Assembly: GCA_903857255.1 (NCBI GenBank)
Contig: CAIODY010000091.1
Coordinates: 11,831 to 75,830 of the forward strand
DNA length: 64,000 nt
Source: an uncultured bacterium
GTDB taxonomy: Bacteria; Bacteroidota; Bacteroidia; Chitinophagales; CAIODY01
Direction: 5' to 3'
Part shown: positions 53,177 through 62,877 of the stretch, piece by piece
How positions within the stretch are numbered: the first letter of the stretch is position 1
Layout of the letters: each line of letters opens with the position of its first letter
The notes under the pieces: generated by a model
Told to the model about the DNA's origin: nothing
The model's input: the letters and a program-made list of their open reading frames with translations, nothing else
Databases searched by the model: none
Made by a program: the position numbers and the translations under genes

Positions 53177-55093
53177 TCATTTTCTTATCACAGTGCCCGA
53201 AGCCTTTGCCAAATCAGCTTTCATAACACTTAATTGCAGATGAATATATTGCAACTGAATTTCTTCTTCTAAGTTTTTTTCAGTTTTTATTTTTTGCAAA
53301 TTCTGGTTAATCAACTTCAATAATTTTTTCAGTTTAAAATGATGAACAGATGAGTTGACATCTTCTTCAAAATTCATTTCACGGTCTTTAATAAATATCT
53401 GATGTTTCGATTCCCAATTGGGGCTCAACAAATATTGGTCTTTCAACAATTCGGCTACAAACGCCGATATTTCCTCATCAGGCGAATTAATAAAACTACT
53501 TGAATCAAAAGAATTTGTTTGTTCAAACTCTTGCAAAAACTGATTGAAAATTTTTGCACACACCACATTATCAATCAAACTGATTTCGATTTCATCAAAT
53601 AAAAATTCAGCAACAGTTTTATTATTACTCAAAGTTTTACTTCCCCATTCCAGCAAAATGCGAATTATATTTTTTTCCTGTTCTTCATCAGGATTCCCAT
53701 GAAAAAAATCGGGTTGTGTTGTTTGGTCAAAATTACTAACCGACTGTTGTTGTAGTAATGAAGCGTCTTCCGAAGGAATGGCGGCATTTTTTTTCAATGC
53801 TGTTCGCATCAAATTATTCACTTCTCTTATCACCATTTCTTCACTCAATTGCATTAAGCCGCAAAACTCTTTGATGTATTCACCACGAACAAATCCATCC
53901 GGAATTTTTCCAAACATGGTTATCAAATCCTTTGTTACAGCCGCTTTACGATAAGGGTCAGCTTTTGTTTCTTCTATTGAAAATTGAATTTTGAATCGGA
54001 TAAAATCTTTCGCATTCTTCAACACAAATTCGTTGAAACCTTGTGCGCCGTGCTTGTGCATGTAGCTATCAGGGTCTTCGCCATCAGGCAACAACACAAT
54101 TTTCAAATTCAAACCTTCTTCAATTATCAGTTCCAATCCTCTCAATGCTGCTTTAATACCTGCTGCATCGCCATCGTACAACAACACAATATTTTGTGTG
54201 TAACGTTTTATTAATCTTATTTGGTCAATCGTCAAAGCCGTTCCACTGCTGGCTGCCACGTTTTCAACACCACCTTGATGCAAAGAAATTACATCCATAT
54301 AACCTTCTACCAAATAACAAAAATCATTTTTTGCAATTGGATTTCTTGCTTGATACAAGCCATACAAAACTTTGCTTTTGTGATAAACTTCTGTTTCGGG
54401 GCTGTTGAAATATTTTGCAACCGTTTTATCTTTTCGCAACGTACGTGCGCCAAAAGCCACCACCCTGCCCGATACATTATGAATGGGAAAAATTACACGA
54501 GCTCTAAAAAAATCAGCATTGCGTTGTTGTGTGGTCAATCCGCTGCTTTTTAATAATTCTAAAGTAAAACCTTTTTCCTGCCCATAGTTGGTGAAAGCCT
54601 GCTCTGAATCAGGGTTATAGCCGAGTTCAAATTTTTTCATCACGGCTTCACTCAACTGGCGTTCTTTAAAATAACTCATGCCAATTGATTTGCCTTCATC
54701 GGTATTCCATAATTGCTCAACAAAATATTCTTTGGCTAATTGATTGAGCGATAAAAGTTGCTCACGTGATTTTTGTTCCTCAATTTGCTTGGGCGATAAT
54801 TGCACATTGGCAATGGCAATGTTGTATTTTTTTGCCAGCCACTCCAACGATTCGGGATAAGTGAGGTGCTCATGCTCCATCACAAATTTTGTAACATTAC
54901 CTGCCTTGCCACAACCAAAACATTTGTAAATGCCTTTAGCCGCCGAAACCGTGAATGATGGCGATTTTTCTTCGTGAAATGGACAATTGCCAATATAATT
55001 TACGCCACGTTTTTTCAACGAAACGAAATCGCCGATAACGTCTTCAATTCGAGCTACGGAAAGTATTTGCTGTATGGTATCGGGTGCTATCAA
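53177..55093 (-). CDS. dnaG: DNA primase
   Basis: Zinc ribbon CPFHEEKSPSFTVSAAKGIYKCFGCGKAG and a TOPRIM region (LVEGYMDVISL, LLYDGDAAGIKA). It uses a TTG start. Confidence 0.93.
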   Translation of the reverse strand: MIAPDTIQQILSVARIEDVIGDFVSLKKRGVNYIGNCPFHEEKSPSFTVSAAKGIYKCFGCGKAGNVTKFVMEHEHLTYPESLEWLAKKYNIAIANVQLSPKQIEEQKSREQLLSLNQLAKEYFVEQLWNTDEGKSIGMSYFKERQLSEAVMKKFELGYNPDSEQAFTNYGQEKGFTLELLKSSGLTTQQRNADFFRARVIFPIHNVSGRVVAFGARTLRKDKTVAKYFNSPETEVYHKSKVLYGLYQARNPIAKNDFCYLVEGYMDVISLHQGGVENVAASSGTALTIDQIRLIKRYTQNIVLLYDGDAAGIKAALRGLELIIEEGLNLKIVLLPDGEDPDSYMHKHGAQGFNEFVLKNAKDFIRFKIQFSIEETKADPYRKAAVTKDLITMFGKIPDGFVRGEYIKEFCGLMQLSEEMVIREVNNLMRTALKKNAAIPSEDASLLQQQSVSNFDQTTQPDFFHGNPDEEQEKNIIRILLEWGSKTLSNNKTVAEFLFDEIEISLIDNVVCAKIFNQFLQEFEQTNSFDSSSFINSPDEEISAFVAELLKDQYLLSPNWESKHQIFIKDREMNFEEDVNSSVHHFKLKKLLKLINQNLQKIKTEKNLEEEIQLQYIHLQLSVMKADLAKASGTVIRK

Positions 55094-55237
55094 GGCAATT
55101 TGATAATGTGATAATATGCTAATGTGCTAATAAAAATTATTTCGATTGAGCAACATTTTTTCTTTACAAAAGTAAATTAAAAAGTGAGAATTATCTGATT
55201 GCAATAATTCAGCAATTAAGAGATGTTGTGCTGAAAT

Positions 55238-55273
55238 AAAAAAACCTGCAACAAAAATAATCTGTTGCAGGTT
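55238..55273 (-). terminator. intrinsic terminator after the small T9SS cargo gene
   Basis: An 11-bp stem, aacctgcaaca pairing with tgttgcaggtt, is followed on the minus strand by a U-run (A7 on the + strand). Confidence 0.75.
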
Positions 55274-55299
55274 CTGAAATATTTTTTTGAAATCAAAGA

Positions 55300-55983
55300 T
55301 TATTCAATCACCAATTTTTGGCGACCAACAATTCCGTTTTCATTTCTGATGCTAATGAAGTAAACACCTTTACCAAAGCGGCTTGCGTCAATTTGTGTTT
55401 TTTCGGAAGTTAAAGTAAATGTTTCAACTTTTCTACCCAACAAATCAAATACATCAGCAAAATTGGTTGCAGTAAAATTATTTAATTGCACATCAAAAAT
55501 TCCTTTTGATGGGTTGGGGAAAATATTGAAGTTTGAATTTTCGATGTTTGAAATACCCGTTGTTGCTGCATTAACAGTGAATGCACTTGATTTCAAACCG
55601 ATACATCCGCTACCAGTTTTGTCAGTAACCGACAATGAATAAGCTCCTGTTGTTGCGCCAGCAGGAATGGTAAATGAACAAATAAATGAATTGCCACTTG
55701 CACTTACAACACTGATTGGGCTTATCATTGCAGAACCATTCATCAACATAATACCACTATAAGTTCCTGTGGTTAATGCAACACAATTTGATGTACAAGC
55801 ACATGTTCCTGAAGTACTAAAAGTAACATTAGTTCCGCCAGTAACAGTTAAGTTGATTGTTGCACCTTGTGTTCCGCTAGTTGGCGATACACTGCTAATT
55901 GTAAATTGCCCCTGCGCCATGACAAACAATGTTGAGCAAACAAATAAAGCCGAAAGAATTAATTGTGTAGATATTTTTTTCAT
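55300..55983 (-). CDS. small secreted Ig-like protein with a T9SS C-terminal sorting domain
   Basis: Signal peptide MKKISTQLILSALFVCSTLFVMAQG. The C-terminus FNIFPNPSKGIFDVQL...GVYFISIRNENGIVGRQKLVIE fits the T9SS sorting-domain pattern. Confidence 0.8.
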   Translation of the reverse strand: MKKISTQLILSALFVCSTLFVMAQGQFTISSVSPTSGTQGATINLTVTGGTNVTFSTSGTCACTSNCVALTTGTYSGIMLMNGSAMISPISVVSASGNSFICSFTIPAGATTGAYSLSVTDKTGSGCIGLKSSAFTVNAATTGISNIENSNFNIFPNPSKGIFDVQLNNFTATNFADVFDLLGRKVETFTLTSEKTQIDASRFGKGVYFISIRNENGIVGRQKLVIE

Positions 55984-56002
55984 TTTTTATAAAATTTTGT
56001 TT

Positions 56003-56010
56003 CAAATGTA
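56003..56010 (-). promoter_or_regulatory. candidate -7 promoter box (TACATTTG)
   Basis: The + strand reads caaatgta. The box lies 20 nt upstream of the ATG at 55983 and just downstream of the rpoD terminator. Confidence 0.4.
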
Positions 56011-56019
56011 ATGAAAAAA

Positions 56020-56069
56020 ATAAAAAAGGCGGAAAACAATTTTCTGCAATAGAATTTTTTTTCCGCCTT
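56020..56069 (-). terminator. intrinsic terminator after rpoD
   Basis: An 11-bp stem, aaggcggaaaa (56026-36) pairing with ttttccgcctt (56059-69), is followed on the minus strand by a U-run. Confidence 0.75.
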
Positions 56070-56099
56070 CGAAAAAATAAAAATCAACTAGGTCAACAA

Positions 56100-56963
56100 T
56101 TAATCTAAATAGGTTTTTAATGTTCGGCTAAATGAATCGCGGCGCAATTTTTTAATTGCTTTTTCTTTTATTTGACGCACTCTTTCACGAGTCAAATGTT
56201 CCTTTTCAGCAATTTCATCTAATGAAAGTGCTTGCCCATCTAAACCAAAAAAGTAAGCAACAATGCCTGCTTCACGAGTTGGCAAAGTAGATAAAACAGT
56301 TTTTATTTCGCTTTGCAAAGATTCGTTTAACAATGATTTATCAGGCGATGGTAAACCATTATCAGCCATCATATCGCCATAAGTTAAATCTTCGCCATCA
56401 GCCAAAGGCGCATCAGTGCTCATGTGTTTGCGGCTACCTTCATTCAATAAAGCATTCACATCCTTTTCGGTAATATCCAGCATGTTGGCTATTTCAGCCA
56501 CTTGCGGCTCACGTTCGTTTTCTTGTTCAAATTGCAACATAGCTTTATTCACCTTTGAATAATTGCCAATTTTATTCAGCGGTAATCGCACTAATCTGCT
56601 TTGCTCTAATAACGATTGCAAAATGGATTGACGAATCCACCACACGGCATAAGAAATAAATTTGAATCCTTTAGTTTCATCAAAGCGCTGTGCAGCTTTG
56701 ATTAATCCTAAATTTCCTTCGTTGATTAAATCGCTCAAAGGCAAGCCTTGATGCTGATATTGTTTAGCAACCGACACCACGAATCGCAAATTAGCATTCA
56801 CTAATTTATCTAAAGCTTCGGTGTCGCCTTCTTTAATTTTACGAGATAAAATGGCTTCCTGTTCGGGCGTAACCATTTCTAATTTTGAAATTTCGTGTAA
56901 ATACTTTTCAATCGACTGACTGTCGCGATTGGTAATTTGTGTGGTAATTTTAATTTGTCTCAT
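56100..56963 (-). CDS. rpoD: primary RNA polymerase sigma factor (sigma-70 family, Bacteroidota short form)
   Basis: 287 aa with region 2 (NLRFVVSVAKQY, ISYAVWWIRQSI) and region 4 (LTRERVRQIKEKAIKKLR). Confidence 0.93.
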   Translation of the reverse strand: MRQIKITTQITNRDSQSIEKYLHEISKLEMVTPEQEAILSRKIKEGDTEALDKLVNANLRFVVSVAKQYQHQGLPLSDLINEGNLGLIKAAQRFDETKGFKFISYAVWWIRQSILQSLLEQSRLVRLPLNKIGNYSKVNKAMLQFEQENEREPQVAEIANMLDITEKDVNALLNEGSRKHMSTDAPLADGEDLTYGDMMADNGLPSPDKSLLNESLQSEIKTVLSTLPTREAGIVAYFFGLDGQALSLDEIAEKEHLTRERVRQIKEKAIKKLRRDSFSRTLKTYLD

Positions 56964-57227
56964 AGTTTTACGGTTTGGTTTGGTGATAAAATTTGTTTCA
57001 GCATTTTGATGTTTTTTTGTTTGTTTAGTTTAAGTACATCAGTCAACAGGTTTTTGTCGTTATGCTTCCTACTACATAGATGACTTTCGCCTGCTAAAAG
57101 TTGCATGCAGCAAAGAAATTAAACCTTGATTTAACAAATCATCAGCTAATCACTTCATTTGTGTTAGTAAAATCACGTAAACTATAAATTGAGGGAAGAA
57201 GTCTAAATAGCTTTGGCAAGCTTCTGA

Positions 57228-58103
57228 CTAATTTATGTAGCCCATTTTTTTGAGCCTCAAACTGTTGTCAATCCAGCCTTCTTGAACTTTCACAGTCAGT
57301 TCTAAAAAAACTTTTTTGCCCACAAAAGCTTCAATTTCTTTTCGAGCAGCTGTACCTAATTTTTTTAATGCAGCTCCATTTTTGCCAATGATAATGCCTT
57401 TGTGTGTTTCACGATTGACAATCACTGTCGCTTTAATCACATCAATATTGGGCTTCTCTTGATATTCAGTAACCATCACATCGCTGTGATAAGGAATTTC
57501 TTCTTTGTATTGCAAAAATATTTTTTCTCGAACCATTTCACCAGCAAAAAACCTTACGTTTCTATCGCTAATATCCTCCTTTGAAAAATATGGTTCGGCT
57601 TCGGGCAAATACTTTAAAATTTTCTCAATCAGTTCGTTCAAATGATAACTCTCTAATGCTGAAACGCCCAATACTTCTGCCACTCCAGCATGACTGCGCC
57701 AATAATTCAATTTCATTTCCAACATGCTTTCGCCAATCAAATCCACTTTGTTGATGACCACAAAAATGGGTGCTTTGGTTTTTATCATTTGCATCCAACC
57801 CGAAGCCACACTTTCATTCATGCCAGGTTCTAATAAATAAATCAACACATCGGCATCTTCCATGCTTTCTTTTATCGCATCATTCATCGTTTCCTGCATT
57901 TTGTAAGCAGGTTGCAAAATACCTGGCGTATCACCAAAAACTATCTGACATTTTTTATGATTAAAAATTCCTAAAATTCTTTTTCTAGTAGTTTGAGCTT
58001 TGGGCGAAACGATTGATAATTTTGTACCCAACAAAGCATTCAAAAGCGTTGATTTTCCTACGTTTGGTAAGCCAATAATATTTACAAAGCCAGATTGATG
58101 CAT
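57228..58103 (-). CDS. era: GTPase Era
   Basis: G1 motif GLPNVGKSTLLN, DTPG, NKVD, and a C-terminal KH domain (VNRETHKGIIIGKNGAALKKLG). Confidence 0.93.
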   Translation of the reverse strand: MHQSGFVNIIGLPNVGKSTLLNALLGTKLSIVSPKAQTTRKRILGIFNHKKCQIVFGDTPGILQPAYKMQETMNDAIKESMEDADVLIYLLEPGMNESVASGWMQMIKTKAPIFVVINKVDLIGESMLEMKLNYWRSHAGVAEVLGVSALESYHLNELIEKILKYLPEAEPYFSKEDISDRNVRFFAGEMVREKIFLQYKEEIPYHSDVMVTEYQEKPNIDVIKATVIVNRETHKGIIIGKNGAALKKLGTAARKEIEAFVGKKVFLELTVKVQEGWIDNSLRLKKMGYIN

Positions 58104-58155
58104 AAGTTTATTTTAGAGTTTTTTTGTTTCCAGCAGCTAAAATAGATTCCATTGA

Positions 58156-58247
58156 TTTTTTTCGCTTGCGAAACTATGTTCGCTTTGAATTTCAATCTTG
58201 TATTTCTCTGAATTCTATGTCGCTATGTGGTTAAATGTATTTGTATT
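58156..58247 (-). repeat. intergenic repeat element, copy 4 (mqnB-like to era spacer, minus strand, sense to the flanking genes)
   Basis: The reverse complement reads aatacaaatacatttaaccacatagcgacatagaa...aatacaagattgaaa...gaacatagtttcgcaagcgaaaaaaa. It starts 10 nt after the upstream (minus-strand) stop codon. Confidence 0.8.
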
Positions 58248-58256
58248 GAGATGCTT

Positions 58257-58934
58257 TTATTTCAAAAATTCTTCCACAACATTAATCAAAAAACTGCTCA
58301 AATTTTCAATTGATTTTTTCATCTCCCATTTTGCTTTGTTTCGTTCACCAATAAAATTTGATGCTACTCTGATTTGTTTGAAAGGAATTTTCTTGTGTAA
58401 CATTACATGATGAAATGCAGCGCCTTCCATGCTTTCAGCATCACAATGAAATTTTTGATTCAGTTTTTCCAACCGATTTTCATCAGCCTCAATTAAATTA
58501 ACTGACCTGCCAATTGCTTTTTTTATCGGATGAAATGGAATAGGAAATTTTGAATCATTTGCCAACATTGTTTTTGAAAATGGAAATTCATTTTCGTTCA
58601 TCAAATTCAAATCAAACAAAGTTTTGTAATTATCGTTTTCAAACGCACCATTATCAGCAAAGCAATCGGCAACTACTTCAACTATATTTCCTAACTCGGT
58701 AAAATTTTCTTTCACCCCTGCAAAACCTGCTTGTATGACGGCATCGGGGCGAAGATGCTGCAAATACTCCATCAAATGAAAAGTGAAAATTGCACTACCA
58801 ATGCCTGCAATCAGCACATCAATTTGTTTGTGGTTTTTTTTAAAAGAAAAAATATTTTTCTGTTGCTGAAACTCAAAATGTTGCAGCAATGGCTGAATTT
58901 CGTGAACGGTGGCAGATACAATTAACAATCGCAT
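58257..58934 (-). CDS. phosphorylase family 1 protein, futalosine hydrolase-like (MqnB-like)
   Basis: 225 aa. The pattern is MRLLIVSATVHEI ... VLIAGIGS ... IQAGFAG ... GNIV ... ESMEGAAF ... FKQIRVASNFIGERNKAKWEM. This matches the MTA/SAH-nucleosidase/MqnB fold pattern. Confidence 0.6.
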   Translation of the reverse strand: MRLLIVSATVHEIQPLLQHFEFQQQKNIFSFKKNHKQIDVLIAGIGSAIFTFHLMEYLQHLRPDAVIQAGFAGVKENFTELGNIVEVVADCFADNGAFENDNYKTLFDLNLMNENEFPFSKTMLANDSKFPIPFHPIKKAIGRSVNLIEADENRLEKLNQKFHCDAESMEGAAFHHVMLHKKIPFKQIRVASNFIGERNKAKWEMKKSIENLSSFLINVVEEFLK

Positions 58935-58994
58935 GGAACAAAAATAATGCGTTGCAACTACTTTTTACGCTTCCTAGATTTTAATTTCGCCACT

Positions 58995-59402
58995 ATGTTT
59001 TATTTAACAAGAAGAGAGCATTTTAATGCAGCGCACAAGCTTTTCAATAAAAATTGGAGCGATGAAAAAAACTTGGAAGTGTTCGGAGGTTGCGCCAATC
59101 CTAATTGGCACGGGCACAACTATGTTTTGTTCGTTACCGTAAAAGGTGAAGTAAATCCTGAAACGGGCTATGTGGTGAACATGAAAGACATCAGCATTTT
59201 AATCAGAACAAATATTTTGGATAAAGTTGACCACAAAAACTTGAATCTGGATGTTGACTTTTTAAAAGACATTGTTCCTTCGGCTGAAAATTTTGCAAAA
59301 GCAATTTGGGATGTATTAAAACCGCACATCAAAGACTGCGAATTGCATTGTGTGAAATTGCAGGAAACGGAAAATATTTATGTAGAATATTTTGGTGAAT
59401 AA
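58995..59402 (+). CDS. queD: 6-carboxy-5,6,7,8-tetrahydropterin synthase
   Basis: The sequence MFYLTRREHFNAAHKLFNKNWSDEKNLEVFGGCANPNWHGHNY is typical of the PTPS/QueD family. The internal ATG at 58995 is preferred over the track start. Confidence 0.82.
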   Translation: MFYLTRREHFNAAHKLFNKNWSDEKNLEVFGGCANPNWHGHNYVLFVTVKGEVNPETGYVVNMKDISILIRTNILDKVDHKNLNLDVDFLKDIVPSAENFAKAIWDVLKPHIKDCELHCVKLQETENIYVEYFGE

Positions 59403-59540
59403 GAGTTTTTAAAGAAAAGGCTTAACGCAAAGTTGGCAAAATAAATACACGGCAAAGAACGCTAAGAAAAAAGATTTAGGTCGAATAAGACGTCGCATCA
59501 CAGCTACTTTGCGGCTTGGCGTGAGAAAAAATAAAAAATT

Positions 59541-62045
59541 ATGTCAGAAGAAATAATACCAAAACAAAATAATGAAGTTGACACTGTAACCGACCTCTAC
59601 AAAGGTTGGTTTTTAGATTATGCATCTTATGTAATTCTCGAACGTGCTGTGCCTGCGGTGGAAGATGGTTTGAAGCCTGTGCAACGCCGAATTTTGCATG
59701 CCATGAAAGAAATGGATGATGGCAGATTTAATAAAGTGGCGAATGTAATTGGGCAAACCATGCAATATCATCCGCATGGTGATGCATCAATTGGTGATGC
59801 GATGGTGGCGATTGGGCAAAAAGAATTGTTGATTGAAACGCAAGGAAACTGGGGCGATGTACGTACTGGCGATGATGCGGCGGCGCCAAGATATATCGAA
59901 GCTCGACTCTCGAAGTTCGCTTTGGATGTGGCTTTCAACGCAAAAACAACGCAATGGCAATTGAGTTATGATGGCAGAAAAAATGAGCCGGTTGCATTGC
60001 CGATGAAGTTTCCGTTGTTGTTGGCGCAAGGTGTTGAGGGGATTGCAGTGGGTTTGGCAACGAAAGTTTTACCGCATAATTTTTGTGAATTAATTCAGGC
60101 TTCTGTTCAATATTTAAAAGGAAGAAAATTTGAATTGTTCCCTGATTTCATGATGGGTGGAATGATTGATGTGGCTAATTACAATGATGGCAAACGTGGT
60201 GGCAAACTTCGTGTCAGAGCCAAGATTGAGGAACTGGACAAAAAAACTTTGCTGATAAAAGATATTCCATTTGGCACTACGACCACTTCAGTGATGGAAA
60301 GTATTGTTAAGGCAAATGATAATGGAAAAATCAAAATCAAAAAAATAGTTGACAATACTGCGGCGAATGTAGAGATTGAAATCCAGCTGGCACCAGGCAT
60401 TTCGCCCGATGTAACCATTGATGCGTTGTATGCTTTTACTGATTGTGAAGTTTCTATTTCGCCCAATGCTTGTGTGATTGTGAACGATAAACCAGTGTTC
60501 ATAGGTGTTTCGGAGTTGTTGAAAATTTCGACAGATAACACGATGGATTTGTTGAAGAAAGAATTGGAAATAAAATTGAGTGAACTAAATGAAAAATGGC
60601 ATTACACTTCACTCGAAAAAATATTTTTTGAAGAAAAAATTTATAAAGAATTAGAAAAGAAACATGAAGATTGGGAAGCCGTGATTGCAGCCATTGACAA
60701 GGCTTTTGCGCCATTCAAAAAAAATCTGAAAAGAAATATTGAACGGGAAGATATTTTAAAACTGACAGAGAAACCTGTTCGCCGAATTTACAAATTGGAT
60801 ATTGATGAATTGATTGCACAAATCAACAACATCGAAAATGACATCCAACAAACGCAAAATGATTTAGACCATTTACGCGATTTTACGATTACTTATTTTG
60901 AAAATTTATTGAAAAAATATGGCAAAGGAAAAGAACGAAAAACTGAAATCAGAACATTCGACAATATTCAAGTAGCGGCTGTAGCCATTGCCAATACTAA
61001 GTTGTACGTGAATTGGAACGAAGGATTTATTGGCAGTGGTTTGAAAAAAGATGAGTTCTTATTTGATTGCAGCGACCTCGATAATATCGTTGTTTTCCGA
61101 AAAGATGGAAAAATGATGGTTACCAAAGTGAGCGACAAAACCTTTGTGGGCAAGGATATTATTCATGTTGAAATTTTTAAAAAGAATGATGAACGAACCA
61201 CTTACAATTTAATTTATTTGGATGGAGCTTCGCAAATCAGCTATGTGAAAAGGTTTCAGGCTGGTGGTGTAACCCGTGATAAAGAATATGATTTAACAAA
61301 AGGCGACCCGAAATCGAAGGTTTTATATTTTTCATCGAACCCAAATGGTGAAGCTGAAAAAGTAACGGTGGTGCTGAAACCCACAGCCAGCGCAAGAATC
61401 AAGGTATTTGATTTTGATTTTGCTGAATTAGAAATTAAAGGCAGAGGCAGTAATGGTAATCAACTCACGAAATATCCAGTGCATAAAATTTCGCTGAAAG
61501 AAAAAGGAAAATCAACTTTAAGCGGCATCAAAATTTATTACGATGATGAAGTGGGCAGATTGAATACCGACGGCAAAGGCAAGCTGTTGGGCAATTTCGA
61601 GGGCGATGACAAAATAATTGCGTTGTATAAAGATGGCACTTACGAACTCACCAATTATGAATTGACGAATCGTTTTGAAAGCAATCAAATTGTAACGGTT
61701 GAAAAATTTGATGCACAAAAACCAATCAGTTGTATTTATTACGATGCTGAAATGAAGTGTTTTAATGCTAAAAGATTTTTGATTGAAACACAAACATTGA
61801 ACACCAAATTTTTATTTATAAAAGAGGGTGAGAAAAATGAATTGTTGTTAGCAACCACACAAGCCAAGCCTATTGTGCGATTGAAAGCCGGTAAAAAGAA
61901 AAGCGAAGCGGTGGAATACAAAACTGACTTGTCAATGGTAACAGAAGTAAAAGGCTGGAAAACTGTTGGAACAAAAATCGGTACTGATATTTTAAGTGCT
62001 GAATTGTTTGTGGAAGAAGAGCCGAAGACTGGGGAGTTGTTTTAG
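59541..62045 (+). CDS. parC: DNA topoisomerase IV subunit A
   Basis: FLDYASYVILERAVPAVEDGLKPVQRRILHAM...QYHPHGDASIGDAMV...APRYIEARL, about 830 aa. This is the Bacteroidota ParC pattern rather than GyrA. Confidence 0.85.
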   Translation: MSEEIIPKQNNEVDTVTDLYKGWFLDYASYVILERAVPAVEDGLKPVQRRILHAMKEMDDGRFNKVANVIGQTMQYHPHGDASIGDAMVAIGQKELLIETQGNWGDVRTGDDAAAPRYIEARLSKFALDVAFNAKTTQWQLSYDGRKNEPVALPMKFPLLLAQGVEGIAVGLATKVLPHNFCELIQASVQYLKGRKFELFPDFMMGGMIDVANYNDGKRGGKLRVRAKIEELDKKTLLIKDIPFGTTTTSVMESIVKANDNGKIKIKKIVDNTAANVEIEIQLAPGISPDVTIDALYAFTDCEVSISPNACVIVNDKPVFIGVSELLKISTDNTMDLLKKELEIKLSELNEKWHYTSLEKIFFEEKIYKELEKKHEDWEAVIAAIDKAFAPFKKNLKRNIEREDILKLTEKPVRRIYKLDIDELIAQINNIENDIQQTQNDLDHLRDFTITYFENLLKKYGKGKERKTEIRTFDNIQVAAVAIANTKLYVNWNEGFIGSGLKKDEFLFDCSDLDNIVVFRKDGKMMVTKVSDKTFVGKDIIHVEIFKKNDERTTYNLIYLDGASQISYVKRFQAGGVTRDKEYDLTKGDPKSKVLYFSSNPNGEAEKVTVVLKPTASARIKVFDFDFAELEIKGRGSNGNQLTKYPVHKISLKEKGKSTLSGIKIYYDDEVGRLNTDGKGKLLGNFEGDDKIIALYKDGTYELTNYELTNRFESNQIVTVEKFDAQKPISCIYYDAEMKCFNAKRFLIETQTLNTKFLFIKEGEKNELLLATTQAKPIVRLKAGKKKSEAVEYKTDLSMVTEVKGWKTVGTKIGTDILSAELFVEEEPKTGELF

Positions 62046-62066
62046 AGGAAATTAAAATGAATTCGT

Positions 62067-62870
62067 GTGAACAATAAAGTTTTTAAGAATCTTTTTCAAG
62101 ATGCACTATTTAATAATGACTTGAATTTAGCTGTAGAAATTTCAATTAAAAATCTACCAAAATGTCTTTATAAAATTTTACCTACTAAAAACGATAGAAT
62201 TAAAACTTTGGAAGACGAATCAGTGTGGTTTTCAAATCCAAATTTCTTTGATGATTTTCTTGATACAGGATTTTGGAAGAATGAAGATTTGAATTTTGAA
62301 TCAATAATAAAGGCTTCAAATGTTGACCCAAATACTTTTGAAAACATTGACGCAATGAAATCGACGATTGAGTTTGCTAAAGAAAAATTAAGAAAGGATG
62401 TTAAAAACATTTTCCATTCTTTATCCCTTTTTGAAGATATCGAAAACCCTGTCTATTGGTCAATGTATGGTGATAACGGAAAGGGATTTGCAATTCAGTA
62501 TAATTTTAATCATTCCAAATCTTTGGAATTAGATTACATGGTTTTCCCAGTTATTTATTCCAACACCCCATTAGATTTGAATGAGACTCTTAAAAGGAAA
62601 GACACTTTTCAATATTTGCTTTCACTTTATAAAGGAGATTGCTGGTCGTTTCAAAATGAATGGAGATGTTTAGTTAAACCAAATGAAATCGACAAGGGAA
62701 CAGTTAAAAAAGCTCCAAAAATTGAAGCAGTTTATCTTGGTTTAAAATGTTTGACTGAACACAAAATAGATTTAATTGAAATCGCAAAGCAAAAGAAAAT
62801 TTTGGTTTACGAAATGATTCCATCATGGAATTCATGTAATCTAATTGCTAAGCCTATTTATTTTCCTTGA
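62067..62870 (+). CDS. hypothetical protein, DUF2971-like
   Basis: GTG start. It has VWFSNPNFFDDFLD and PVYWSMYGDNGKGFAIQYNF, which resemble the DUF2971 signature. The gene is very A+T-rich (14/60 G+C at 62101-62160, against 31/60 at 60001-60060 in parC). Confidence 0.55.
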   Translation: MNNKVFKNLFQDALFNNDLNLAVEISIKNLPKCLYKILPTKNDRIKTLEDESVWFSNPNFFDDFLDTGFWKNEDLNFESIIKASNVDPNTFENIDAMKSTIEFAKEKLRKDVKNIFHSLSLFEDIENPVYWSMYGDNGKGFAIQYNFNHSKSLELDYMVFPVIYSNTPLDLNETLKRKDTFQYLLSLYKGDCWSFQNEWRCLVKPNEIDKGTVKKAPKIEAVYLGLKCLTEHKIDLIEIAKQKKILVYEMIPSWNSCNLIAKPIYFP

Positions 62871-62877
62871 TTAGAAA

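Noticed and set aside
56964-57227. The 264-nt gap between era and rpoD as a possible small RNA gene.
   Set aside because: Only weak local hairpins are present (for example around tgctgcatgcaac). There is no promoter-box plus terminator pair, so it is most simply the rpoD promoter and 5' UTR.
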